Assembly: GCA_013202285.1 (NCBI GenBank)
Contig: JABMRV010000161.1
Span: forward strand, 1-62,333
Direction: 5' to 3'
DNA: 62,333 nt
Origin: a bacterium
Lineage (GTDB): Bacteria; Electryoneota; AABM5-125-24; Hatepunaeales; Hatepunaeaceae
Part shown: one piece after another, positions 47,356-56,618 of the stretch
Position numbering within the stretch: position 1 is the stretch's first letter
Layout: the number at the start of each line of letters is the position of its first letter
Made by a program: the position numbers and the translations under genes
Notes under the pieces: generated by a model
Databases searched by the model: none
What the model was told of the DNA's origin: nothing
Seen by the model: only the letters and a program-made list of their open reading frames with translations

Positions 47356-48441
47356 ATGAATCCGTCTGTAACCGACACCAACCCGATCTATCGGCGAATC
47401 TTTCTGGTGACCATCTTTCTGGTCGTGCTGCTGGCTTTCATTCTATCGTTTCATCTGATCAGCGATCTGCTGGTAGTTCTGATCATTTCTGTTATTCTAA
47501 CTTACGTATTCAAACCCTGTGTAGCATATCTCGAACATCGTGGTGTTCACAGGGTTATTTCTATTGTGAGTATTTTTGTCCTTGGGCTGTTGCTACTGGC
47601 GTTTGGAGCATGGTTCTTTGTTCCAATACTTATCGAGGAGGGAGCGGCGCTTATTGACCGTCTGAAGAGCTATGATTTCGTCCAGCTTCATTCAGAGTTT
47701 GTGAGATTCCTCGATACCAGGCTGCCTGTGCTCTCAGGATTGATTTCCATGGAACCCGATCAGGCTCAGGTTTGGCTTGATCGAATATCCGCTGCGTCAA
47801 CCACTTTTCTCCAGCAGTCTCACAAATTTCTGGCTGGTGCGATTAATATCATCGCCCTCGCCACACTTGTCCCGTTTCTTACTTTCTTTTTCCTCAAAGA
47901 CGGTTCAGTGTTCATGAAGAGATTCATTGAGAAGATTCCCAACCGTTATTTTGAAATGACACTGTCTCTGGCATACAGAATCGACCGGCAGATGGGTAAT
48001 TACATCCTCAGTGTACTGGTTGAATCTGCGGTTATCGGTGTTATGACATGGGTGGCTCTCGAGATACTTGGCATCAAATTCGCCATAGTTTTGGGGTTAC
48101 TCAATGGGCTTCTGAACAGCATTCCTTTTTTCGGTCCGTTTATCGCATATTTTCCCATTCTTCTCGTTGTTCTTATTACCAGCGGGGACGCTGCAGTGTC
48201 GAACATGATATGGACGATGGTTATCCTGATCGGAGTGCAGATAATAGACAATGTTTTTGCAAAACCGCTGCTCATCTCTCGTTCTGTCAATATTCACCCG
48301 GCAACGGTGCTGCTGGCGGTGCTGATTGGTGGGAAGCTTGCCGGAGCGCTTGGTATGTTCATCGCTGTTCCTGTCTATGCGATTATAATGGTTATCATCA
48401 TTGATTCATACGATCACCTGAAGCGATATAAGATTTTTTAA
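47356..48441 (+). CDS. AI-2E family transporter (PerM/UPF0118)
   Basis: 361-aa polytopic ORF with FFFLKDG and LLNSIPFFGPFIAYFP. Confidence 0.85.
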   Translation: MNPSVTDTNPIYRRIFLVTIFLVVLLAFILSFHLISDLLVVLIISVILTYVFKPCVAYLEHRGVHRVISIVSIFVLGLLLLAFGAWFFVPILIEEGAALIDRLKSYDFVQLHSEFVRFLDTRLPVLSGLISMEPDQAQVWLDRISAASTTFLQQSHKFLAGAINIIALATLVPFLTFFFLKDGSVFMKRFIEKIPNRYFEMTLSLAYRIDRQMGNYILSVLVESAVIGVMTWVALEILGIKFAIVLGLLNGLLNSIPFFGPFIAYFPILLVVLITSGDAAVSNMIWTMVILIGVQIIDNVFAKPLLISRSVNIHPATVLLAVLIGGKLAGALGMFIAVPVYAIIMVIIIDSYDHLKRYKIF

Positions 48442-48448
48442 ATCACAA

Positions 48449-49393
48449 TTGATTCAGCGAACCGCTGTGCATACACTGAATAAACAGACAAAGGCGTATC
48501 TTTACACAATCGCTACCGTTCTGCTCTGGTCAACTGTCGCTTCAGCTTTCAAGATCACCCTGCGAGAGCTGGATTATATCCAGTTGCTGTTCTTCGCATC
48601 ACTGGCGTCGCTGTTTTCTCTGTTTGTTGTACTTCTACTGCAGGGCAAAGTCACCCAGCTTTTCAGAATCGATTGGAAGGGCTTTCTGTATTCGGCTTTG
48701 CTGGGATTACTGAGCCCGACCCTTTATTATCTCGTCCTGTTCAGAGCTTACGATCTCCTGCCGGCTCAGGAAGCACAACCGCTCAACTGGACCAGGCCCA
48801 TCACCCTGGCAATCCTCTCAGTACCACTGCTCGGACAGAAACTCCCGCTCAGGTCTTTATTCGCAATCCTCATAAGTTTCTGCGGTGTTCTGATCATTGC
48901 CACCAGGGGCAACCTGACCAGCTTGGAGTTCACCCATCTCACCGGTGATCTGTTGGCAATCGGCAGTTCGGTGCTGTGGGCAACCTTCTGGATATTCAAC
49001 GTCAGGGACAAGCGCGATCCGGTTGTCAAACTGTTCTGCTGTTTCCTCTTCGGTTGTCTGTACAACAGTGTCGTGGTCGCCCTATTCTCTGATTTCTCCA
49101 TACCTTCACTTAACGGGATGATTGGCGCTGCGTATGTGGGGCTTTTTGAGATGGGGATCTCTTTCGTGTTGTGGTTGAAAGCGTTAAGTCTGTCACGAAA
49201 CAGCGTTTCAGTCGGTATTCTGGCGTATATTACCCCGTTTCTCTCGCTGGTGTTGATTCATTTCGTCCTCGGCGAGGCGATTATGTTCACATCTATTCTG
49301 GGGCTAACGCTGATTGTTGCCGGAATAATTATACATATTCGTTCCGAACGCGTGAAGAATGTGGAAGCATCCGGTGGGGTTGTCAGGGGGTGA
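48449..49393 (+). CDS. DMT superfamily (EamA-type) transporter
   Basis: 314-aa ORF with a TTG start and 10 predicted TM helices in two EamA-like halves. Confidence 0.8.
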   Translation: MIQRTAVHTLNKQTKAYLYTIATVLLWSTVASAFKITLRELDYIQLLFFASLASLFSLFVVLLLQGKVTQLFRIDWKGFLYSALLGLLSPTLYYLVLFRAYDLLPAQEAQPLNWTRPITLAILSVPLLGQKLPLRSLFAILISFCGVLIIATRGNLTSLEFTHLTGDLLAIGSSVLWATFWIFNVRDKRDPVVKLFCCFLFGCLYNSVVVALFSDFSIPSLNGMIGAAYVGLFEMGISFVLWLKALSLSRNSVSVGILAYITPFLSLVLIHFVLGEAIMFTSILGLTLIVAGIIIHIRSERVKNVEASGGVVRG

Positions 49394-49443
49394 ATTGACT
49401 GAAAGGGGAGCGAAGAACCGAAACTGTTTTCAACGTTCTCATA

Positions 49444-49472
49444 TTGCATAACGTAAATCTGTTAGTTATATT
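49444..49472 (+). promoter_or_regulatory. Sigma70-like promoter for the 49534 gene
   Basis: TTGCAT-N17-TATATT lies about 60 nt upstream of ATG 49534 (RBS AAGGAGAAG). Confidence 0.4.
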
Positions 49473-49533
49473 AATATGAGTGAAGTAATGTTCATTAAAA
49501 AGGTAAAGCAATCTATGCATAAGGAGAAGTATC

Positions 49534-51477
49534 ATGAAACGGTTTTGCAGGTATTTGTTTATCGCAGCAGTTTTTTCGTTCACAGCCTACCCTACACCCC
49601 ACACTTTATCAGCAAGAGTCATCAACATCCCAGATGATGAAGAGACCATCCAGAGCGGCATCGACGCCGCCGAGGATGGGGATACCGTGCTTGTCCAGCC
49701 GGGAACCTACTACGAAAATATCAACTTCGAGGGAAAGGCGATTACCGTTGGCAGTCTATTTCTGACAACAGGTAACGAAGCCTATATTGATTCCACGGTC
49801 ATCAACGGCGACAGCAGTGGATGTGTTGTATTGTTTGAGAATGGTGAGAGTGAGAATACTGTTTTAACTGGTTTCACCATCACTAATGGTTCCGGTACGA
49901 TATCTGGAAGGTATTTAAGAGGGGGTGGTATTTATTGCAATGAAGCTTCTCCAACGATTGAGGCTTGTGTTATACGTGATAATTTTCTATTGGAGGTTGA
50001 TGGTATTTTGAATGGGCAAGGAGCAGGAATCTGCCTTTATCGTCATTCCGACGCATTGATTACTAATTGCAGAATTACAAATAACATCAATCATTTTTAT
50101 ACAGGTGATGGTGGTGGGATTTATTGCTATTTTTCTAGTCCTCTTATAACCAATTGTACCATTGAGGATAATTCAGCACCGAATCACGGTTATGGTGGTG
50201 GGTTGTATTTTTGGTATTTCCGAAGTCATCCGGTGATAGAGAACTGCGTTATTAACCAAAATGAGGCTGGCAGCGATGGCGGAGGATTAGTAGTTTTTAA
50301 TCGAATGGAAGTGACAATAAGAAACACGATCATCAGTCGGAATAGAGCAGGACGATCACACGGAGGCATCGACTGTTCTGCATCCTCAGTGTTAATCCTT
50401 GAAAACTGTACCGTGTTTGAAAATGAGGGTCATGGTGGGGCGTTATTGCTGGCAGGTGATCGGGGAGAGTTACGCGATTGTGTTATTTTCGGAAATGAAG
50501 GAGGTGGTGTAACATTTTGGGCATCAGAAGGCACTCTTGAACGATGTCTAATTTTTAATAACACATCTGTTTCCGGTGCTGGAGTTTATTGTTATGGTAA
50601 CAGTTGTTCTTTAATAATGCTGGGGTGTACTATTGTGTATAATTCAGCGGAAGAAACAGGTGGTGGTATCTTCGCACGCTCCGGAATTGATGTCTCAGTG
50701 GTAAATACAATTCTCTGGGGAAACGAGCCAAACGAAGTAGGATTTGATGACTGGGAAAACCAAGGTTCTATTTCGTTTTCTTATTCACTTATTGACGGCG
50801 GGATGGATTCAATCGATACCACAGGTCAGGATCAAGTATTTTGGCTTGAGGGCAACATCGACGAAGACCCACTTTTTGCTGATCCTGACAACGACGACTT
50901 CCACCTGACCGCCGAATCCCCCTGCATCGACGCTGGTGACCCCGAATTCGACCTTGACCCCGACGGCACAATCACCGACATTGGAGCGTTCTACTTCCAT
51001 CAGAGAGACATTGAAATAGAACCCGAAACGATCTCATTCGAGACCCCCGGAACCCCCGACAGCGCTGCCGTAACCATCCGCAACATCGGACTGACCGCAC
51101 TGACGATCACTTCTCAATCGATAACTCCCGACGACTCACCGTTCAGCATAGGCAATAATGACGGCGAATTCGAGATCGAACCTGATGGCGAGCATATCAC
51201 ATTGGTTCGCTTTGAGCCCGATATGGCTGGCGAATACGAGGCTGTCCTGACCATCGAGTCCGACGACCCAGACGAGGAGGCGGTCGAGATATTGCTACGC
51301 GCTGTCTCTACGGGAATCGAGGATGATAAGTCGCTTAAACCGCTTGAATTCGGCATCGCGGGAGTTTACCCCAACCCGTTTAATTCGCAAGCCCTAGTCC
51401 GTTTCAGTGTACCTTTTCCCGCTGATGTGACAATGAAGATTTACGATATATCCGGCAGGGAGCGAGCGACCTTGTAA
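49534..51477 (+). CDS. Secreted right-handed beta-helix repeat protein; T9SS sorting domain interrupted by a frameshift (continues to 51605 in another frame)
   Basis: 647-aa ORF with a signal peptide. Many beta-helix turns (GGGIYC, NCTIEDNSA, GGGLVVF, ENCTVFENEG...) and SPCIDAGDP. The T9SS domain starts at VYPNPFNSQALVRFSVP...MKIYDISGRE and is then cut by a stop. Its second half, LVSGHLQAGVHSQLFDGTEMPTGTYLVEMRSGGNRSVDKVVLIK, is encoded at 51471-51605 in a different frame. Confidence 0.75.
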   Translation: MKRFCRYLFIAAVFSFTAYPTPHTLSARVINIPDDEETIQSGIDAAEDGDTVLVQPGTYYENINFEGKAITVGSLFLTTGNEAYIDSTVINGDSSGCVVLFENGESENTVLTGFTITNGSGTISGRYLRGGGIYCNEASPTIEACVIRDNFLLEVDGILNGQGAGICLYRHSDALITNCRITNNINHFYTGDGGGIYCYFSSPLITNCTIEDNSAPNHGYGGGLYFWYFRSHPVIENCVINQNEAGSDGGGLVVFNRMEVTIRNTIISRNRAGRSHGGIDCSASSVLILENCTVFENEGHGGALLLAGDRGELRDCVIFGNEGGGVTFWASEGTLERCLIFNNTSVSGAGVYCYGNSCSLIMLGCTIVYNSAEETGGGIFARSGIDVSVVNTILWGNEPNEVGFDDWENQGSISFSYSLIDGGMDSIDTTGQDQVFWLEGNIDEDPLFADPDNDDFHLTAESPCIDAGDPEFDLDPDGTITDIGAFYFHQRDIEIEPETISFETPGTPDSAAVTIRNIGLTALTITSQSITPDDSPFSIGNNDGEFEIEPDGEHITLVRFEPDMAGEYEAVLTIESDDPDEEAVEILLRAVSTGIEDDKSLKPLEFGIAGVYPNPFNSQALVRFSVPFPADVTMKIYDISGRERATL

Positions 51478-51630
51478 GCGGTCATCTGCAGGCTGGAGTT
51501 CATTCACAATTATTCGACGGAACTGAAATGCCGACGGGTACTTATCTTGTGGAGATGAGATCGGGGGGGAACAGGTCGGTGGATAAGGTGGTGTTGATTA
51601 AGTAGTACCTGTTGAAAAACTCTCTGCTGT

Positions 51631-51700
51631 GTCATTCCCGCGCAGGCGGGAATCCAGACAAGTTATTTATTTCATAGATTCCTGCCTTTGTAGGAATGAC
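51631..51700 (+). repeat. Family-1 REP-like repeat, full bipartite copy
   Basis: GTCATTCCCGCGCAGGCGGGAATCCAGACAAGTT plus a second hairpin ATTCCT-GCCTTTGT-AGGAAT. Confidence 0.85.
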
Positions 51701-51814
51701 AGTTTATTACTATTTTCGCGAAATAAATGACTTTCTCAACAGAAACTACTTAGTTAACACTCCCTAATCCAGAGGTAACATCGCAAGTTATTGAAAAAGT
51801 ATTACAAGCTCGTG

Positions 51815-51882
51815 CCGCAGGGTGTCCTCACCCTGCGGTCATTTGTACTGACTTTCGCTGCAGGGTGGGGACACCCTGCAGC
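51815..51882. repeat. Twin GC-rich hairpins (mutually inverted copies) just 3' of the DNA methyltransferase gene
   Basis: CCGCAGGGTG-TCCT-CACCCTGCGG (51815-51838) and GCTGCAGGGTG-GGGA-CACCCTGCAGC (51857-51882). The second is approximately the reverse complement of the first. Confidence 0.75.
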
Positions 51883-51901
51883 ACATGAGTTATACTTAGG
51901 G

Positions 51902-52786
51902 TTAACCCTCTCCGAATTTCCCCTCCAATCTTTTCTTTACAAGCTCGACAGCCTTCTCAGAACTGTCAATTCCGATCCATTTTCGCGAAAGAGCCTGTGC
52001 CACAACGAGTGTTGTGCCGCATCCACAGAACGGATCAAGGACAATATCTCCCTTACAACTTGATGATTCGATAATCCTCGCAAGGAGAGCCTCAGGCTTC
52101 TGAGTCGGGTAGCCGACTCTCTCATGCGCCATATTGTTAATTGTAGGTATATTCCAAAAATCAGGAGCTTTCTTAAACTGTCCCTTCATCTTTTGAGAAG
52201 TTGCCGGGATTTGTACAGCCTCGAAATAATGCCCGTTCTGTTCTCTGGAATACCAGAGGATATCGTCATGTTTGCGGGGCCAATAACGAGGTGAACTTCC
52301 ACCAAGACCGTAACACCAGACGATGCAGTTGAGGAAGTTCTCAGCTCCGAAAACGGCATCCATCAGCAGTTTGAGATATGCACTGGCGCGCTGATCGCAG
52401 TGAATGTAGATTGAACCGCTGTGCTTTAATGTTCGACGGAGTTCAACGATGCGCGGCGCCATCATCAGCAGGTATGCGAGCATACCGCTCTCACCGGTTA
52501 TTCTCTTCAGGGCAGGGAAGAGCTGAGATAGTTGACCGTCAGTCTCACTGGTTATCTTATTGAATGCTTCAACAGCGGAATCGTTCCAGCGCCAGGTGTC
52601 ATCAAAGACCTGTTCATTTCCGGAGTCTATCGTATTGGTTTTCTTTCCGGGTAGAACATTATAGCAGCGATTACTGTTAAAAGGCGGATCCATATAGATC
52701 AGATCGACCGATTTATCGGAGAAGTATTTTTTGAGAATAGTGAGGTTGTCTCCATGGAAGAGCCTGCTGCTCGAATCGGATTTCAT
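51902..52786 (-). CDS. DNA methyltransferase, beta-class N6-adenine/N4-cytosine type (orphan)
   Basis: 294-aa ORF. Catalytic motif IV LIYMDPPFNS is N-terminal and the SAM motif I VLDPFCGCGTT is C-terminal, which is the beta-class order. No nuclease gene is adjacent. Confidence 0.85.
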   Translation of the reverse strand: MKSDSSSRLFHGDNLTILKKYFSDKSVDLIYMDPPFNSNRCYNVLPGKKTNTIDSGNEQVFDDTWRWNDSAVEAFNKITSETDGQLSQLFPALKRITGESGMLAYLLMMAPRIVELRRTLKHSGSIYIHCDQRASAYLKLLMDAVFGAENFLNCIVWCYGLGGSSPRYWPRKHDDILWYSREQNGHYFEAVQIPATSQKMKGQFKKAPDFWNIPTINNMAHERVGYPTQKPEALLARIIESSSCKGDIVLDPFCGCGTTLVVAQALSRKWIGIDSSEKAVELVKKRLEGKFGEG

Positions 52787-53523
52787 TGAACCATTCCCAT
52801 GAATAGCGCATTCAACACCGCCGAACAGATAAATATGGTTCCAACCGCACCGGCTGCTCGCTGCACACTGACTCCATAGATAACCGACATGCCGATACTC
52901 ATAAGAATGGCTTGCCAGATCAGGAAAAAATCCATCACAACCAGAACGTTGCTGAGATATGATCCTACAACTTCGGGTGTGAGGAGGAGTGACAGGTTTG
53001 TCGGCAGACTCCAGTCTGAATTAATGAGTTTTAACGGGATACTCAACAGTTTCGCGAAACTGTTTATCATCGAAGTCCAGACGAACATTGACAGAACTCT
53101 TGAGAAATCAATCCATTTATTAAAGCCTAATCCGCCTATCATGTAGAGGATCACCGAAACGCCAGCCATTCCGAGAATCATTACAACAGCTGCGGAGATG
53201 ACTTCAGCGATTGCCAAATATGGTGCGGCATGCGACAGCATCTCGATCTGCCGGTCGATTTCAGAAGTTCTCTCGATTTTCATCTCTTCATACCATTCAT
53301 ACAGGTTGGCAGAGGAGTATCTATCGATGATATCCGGCAGCATGGTAAGTTGAAAACCGATGAAGACGATAACAACGATGATGGCTGGAGCGATGAAATC
53401 CAGCTTTCCGGTGAGGCGAGAGAAGGTCCGGCGAGGCGCCAGTACGATCCCCGCTGTCCTGGCAATGAGGAGTTCTAACTGGCTGTTAACTCTTGCTGAT
53501 TGTGAATTATGGGTCATTATCAC
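52783..53523 (-). CDS. Yip1-like polytopic membrane protein
   Basis: 246-aa ORF with 5 hydrophobic helices in a Yip1-like arrangement. 4-nt overlaps with both neighbouring genes. Confidence 0.5.
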   Translation of the reverse strand: MIMTHNSQSARVNSQLELLIARTAGIVLAPRRTFSRLTGKLDFIAPAIIVVIVFIGFQLTMLPDIIDRYSSANLYEWYEEMKIERTSEIDRQIEMLSHAAPYLAIAEVISAAVVMILGMAGVSVILYMIGGLGFNKWIDFSRVLSMFVWTSMINSFAKLLSIPLKLINSDWSLPTNLSLLLTPEVVGSYLSNVLVVMDFFLIWQAILMSIGMSVIYGVSVQRAAGAVGTIFICSAVLNALFMGMVQ

Positions 53524-54686
53524 GAATCGTCAGTTGGGAACTTAAAACCGCGATCAATTCTGCGGCGCATCTTCGACCTGTTTTGGATTTCAAGTTTAAG
53601 TGTTTCAATATCAGTGTTTAATACTTCATCCTTGATCTTGATCAGGAATAACCTCGCCGCTTCGTAATTGTTGGGGATCCTGCCGTCCAGAATGACATCC
53701 TCAATTCGACCTTTGAGCGCTCCGACCAGAGGTCCTTCCTTGATGTTGCAGATTTCGATAATTTCCTCACCGCTCACAGGAGATTGGAAACAGCGTATCT
53801 TATCTCGAGCCTGGACGTCCTTCATACGGCGGGACATCTCGTCAAAATTCGCCAGGTAGCGGTCAACAAGTTTCGGATTGGCGGTGGTAATGTCTGCCCG
53901 ACAAAGGATAAGCTGATCCTCAAGGTCTTCGCCGGCTTCGAACATCAACCTCCTGATGGCGCTGTCGGTGACACCCTCGGATGTCAGGTTAACCGGACGC
54001 ATGTGAAGTTTAACCAGTTTTGTCAATCGTTCGGTATTCTCCCTGCCTATCTTGAGCCTGCGACCGATCTTTCCTGCGATTCTCGCTCCGATTATCTCAT
54101 GTCCGTGAAATGTCCAGCCCTGGTTCGGATCAAGCTTCTTGGTCTTCGGTTTACCAATGTCATGCAGTAATCCGGCAAATCGAACTACTGGATCACTGCT
54201 GTTTTCAGACACATTTTTCAAGACTTGCAGCGTATGTTTCAGGATGTCTTTATGATGGTGTCTGCCAACCTGTTCGACGCCCTTCATTGCCATAACTTCG
54301 GGTAATATGAACTTCATCAGACCGCTGTCAATCATGAGTTTCACTGCTCGTTCCGCATTTTCAGCGCCAAGCAATCCCCAGAGTTCCCTGCCTGTCTGTT
54401 CCGGATTAATTGATTTGATAAGTTCTGAATTTCGGCGTATGGATTGCCAGGTTTCATTTTCGATGTTAAACGATTTTTCAACTGCAAGACGAATAAGACT
54501 GAGCATGATTAAAGGATTGCGGTGAATTGCCTCATCGGGATCGCGTTTTATTCTCAGTACCCCATCTTTTTTTTCAATCAAGTCTTCAAAATCCATCGCT
54601 TCCAAAGATTTGTCCGACTTATTGTTATCGGAATTATAAATGATATTTTGAGAATTAATCTTGTTTATTTTCAATATTTTCTGCAA
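53520..54686 (-). CDS. HD-domain protein resembling the body/tail of class II CCA-adding enzymes / poly(A) polymerases but lacking the nucleotidyltransferase head
   Basis: 388-aa ORF. NPLIMLSLIRLAVEKSFNIENETWQSI resembles the end of the PolyA_pol head / RNA-binding region. HD motif: RHHHKDILKHT...LLHDIGKP. No GG..RD / DxD head motifs. An alternative start at M31 (54596) would remove the overlap with the TPR gene. Confidence 0.7.
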   Translation of the reverse strand: MQKILKINKINSQNIIYNSDNNKSDKSLEAMDFEDLIEKKDGVLRIKRDPDEAIHRNPLIMLSLIRLAVEKSFNIENETWQSIRRNSELIKSINPEQTGRELWGLLGAENAERAVKLMIDSGLMKFILPEVMAMKGVEQVGRHHHKDILKHTLQVLKNVSENSSDPVVRFAGLLHDIGKPKTKKLDPNQGWTFHGHEIIGARIAGKIGRRLKIGRENTERLTKLVKLHMRPVNLTSEGVTDSAIRRLMFEAGEDLEDQLILCRADITTANPKLVDRYLANFDEMSRRMKDVQARDKIRCFQSPVSGEEIIEICNIKEGPLVGALKGRIEDVILDGRIPNNYEAARLFLIKIKDEVLNTDIETLKLEIQNRSKMRRRIDRGFKFPTDDS

Positions 54687-55713
54687 CTTTCTTTAATCCT
54701 CTCCTGTGGAGTTTCTTCAATCTTTTGAGATCTTTTGATTTTCTATCGGCAACTTGCACGCTGATCTCAAGCGCCAGAGCTTCACCGGCAAGTCTCACTA
54801 CCTCTTGCCAGTTGTTCAATTCTGCATTTGCAGTTGTCATGGCATGAAGGCAACTGATTTCATTGTACCTGTTATTACGCGATTCCTGTCTGACTGATGT
54901 AAGAATCTTCTTGTACGTCTCGATAGCTTCATCCCATCTCTTCAGTCCCATCCGGGATCTGCCGAGGCACCAGAGAAATGCTCGACTCTCCGGATATTGT
55001 TCGAGCAGTTCTTCAGCTATACTTAATGCGGTCTCATAATCTTCGCGGTATATCGCCAGCCAGGCGAGGTTTGACCTGGCGGCGAGCGCTGAGAATCTCC
55101 CTTTCTCAGCACAGATATGCAATAATCTCAAGCCTTCCTTCCTCCGGTCGGAAACCAGTCCGATGGTGCGGAGGATACCGGCGCGCTGGCTGCGCTGGTA
55201 ATAATATACACCCAATCCAAGATATGCATCCCAGAAGGATGAATCAATTTTAACCGTCTCTTCGTACCAGGCTGCCATTTTAGCAGCCTTTGACAGCGTC
55301 TCCAAAGTTCTGCCATTCTTCATCGCTTTGAAGGATAAATATCCCATTGTAGATCCGAGATAGAACCTGACCCATGCCGAATCTTCTCCATTGTCTATCA
55401 GGCAGTTGCAGATCGATCTCACACTGTCGCATGCCAGGTTGAAAGCCGGATCGTCGAGTTCATCCTCGAAATCAATCGACCGGCTGCTGAGAACCGATGC
55501 ACGCAGGAACCAGCCCTCGGGTGCATGCGGACGGCTATCGATCAGGCTGTCGGAGATGGAAAGAGCATCTTCATAACGTTCGGCGGTAATAAGAGAAACT
55601 ACCCTTAAAGCGAGCGCAGAATCAAGTCCTTTGGCGACAGGTGCGGCGTAAATGTATGATATAAAACCTGAAAGTAGCGTTATCAGGGGGATTATTTTGT
55701 GATTGATTCTCAT
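54655..55713 (-). CDS. Secreted TPR-like repeat protein
   Basis: 352-aa ORF with a signal peptide. All-helical with TPR-like A/Y/L periodicity (e.g. YETALSIAEELLEQYPESRAFLWCLGRSRMGLKRWDEAIETYKKIL). Confidence 0.5.
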   Translation of the reverse strand: MRINHKIIPLITLLSGFISYIYAAPVAKGLDSALALRVVSLITAERYEDALSISDSLIDSRPHAPEGWFLRASVLSSRSIDFEDELDDPAFNLACDSVRSICNCLIDNGEDSAWVRFYLGSTMGYLSFKAMKNGRTLETLSKAAKMAAWYEETVKIDSSFWDAYLGLGVYYYQRSQRAGILRTIGLVSDRRKEGLRLLHICAEKGRFSALAARSNLAWLAIYREDYETALSIAEELLEQYPESRAFLWCLGRSRMGLKRWDEAIETYKKILTSVRQESRNNRYNEISCLHAMTTANAELNNWQEVVRLAGEALALEISVQVADRKSKDLKRLKKLHRRGLKKVAENIENKQD

Positions 55714-55777
55714 ATTAAGATTTATAGAGTTGGATTATAGTCACCTTAACGCAGGCAGGGACGCCTGCCCCATCCGT

Positions 55778-56494
55778 TCACCTCGTAGCAACGAGTTGAC
55801 CTGTTGTTTCTCCAGTAAGTTCTTCCGTCTCAAGTGGGATACCGGTTACAATCTTGACCGGACCGACATTTTCAGCATACCAGATCACCTGCCGTCTAAC
55901 TCGCGTTGTTTTATTGGGATAATCGTCGATCCTGATGGACTCGATGACTGCCGTTTTGTCCCACTTTCCATAGGTTGTCACCACCCGGTCGCTGCCGATC
56001 AGTCGATACTTTTGACGTACATCTCCAGAGAATATTTTGTCACCCGAAACCGAGAATACGTTGTAATGGTAGTTGTGATTGTAATCTACTCCGATGTTGA
56101 GATTCGATGGCAGAACGATTCTCGCAGGTCTGAAATATGTACTGTCACCGTTCGCTGCAACGCGGTAGAGATGTTTCAATCCTTCGCTGTCCCACATATA
56201 AGCCGATCGGGAGACTTCAACAGTCTCATTCATAATTGTGGTGTCAACTACAATATACGTTGTGTATCCTTCTTCGTCGGTCATGTCGGTTACGCTCAAC
56301 ATCCCCTGCCATCTGTCTCCGCGGTTGTTCTCCCAATTGAATGACCAAGCACCACCTTCTCTGAAAGGGTAATATTCCTTCAATTGAATGCTGACAAGTG
56401 AATCATTCGTCTGTTGATCCTCAACTTTGCTGTCACAGCTCAGCATTAAACAGAGGATTAAAATGATTAATAGATTTTGTGAGAGCTTCAGCAT
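55778..56494 (-). CDS. Hypothetical lipoprotein
   Basis: The ORF is open to 56533. The ATG at 56494 gives the lipobox-type signal MLKLSQNLLIILILCLMLSC. No family recognised. Confidence 0.5.
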   Translation of the reverse strand: MLKLSQNLLIILILCLMLSCDSKVEDQQTNDSLVSIQLKEYYPFREGGAWSFNWENNRGDRWQGMLSVTDMTDEEGYTTYIVVDTTIMNETVEVSRSAYMWDSEGLKHLYRVAANGDSTYFRPARIVLPSNLNIGVDYNHNYHYNVFSVSGDKIFSGDVRQKYRLIGSDRVVTTYGKWDKTAVIESIRIDDYPNKTTRVRRQVIWYAENVGPVKIVTGIPLETEELTGETTGQLVATR

Positions 56495-56618
56495 GACATT
56501 AAATGATATAGTGCTTCTACAAAGTACATCCACTAATAATATAAACCTCTGATCTCAATGAGCAAGATATTTAAGCGATTTCCTTGCGGTGGAATGAGGT
56601 AGGTCTTATCTTTCACGG

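Noticed and set aside
51902-52786. Restriction-modification system
   Set aside because: Only the methyltransferase is present. The flanking genes are a Yip1-like membrane protein and non-coding hairpins, with no endonuclease or specificity subunit, so it is called an orphan MTase.
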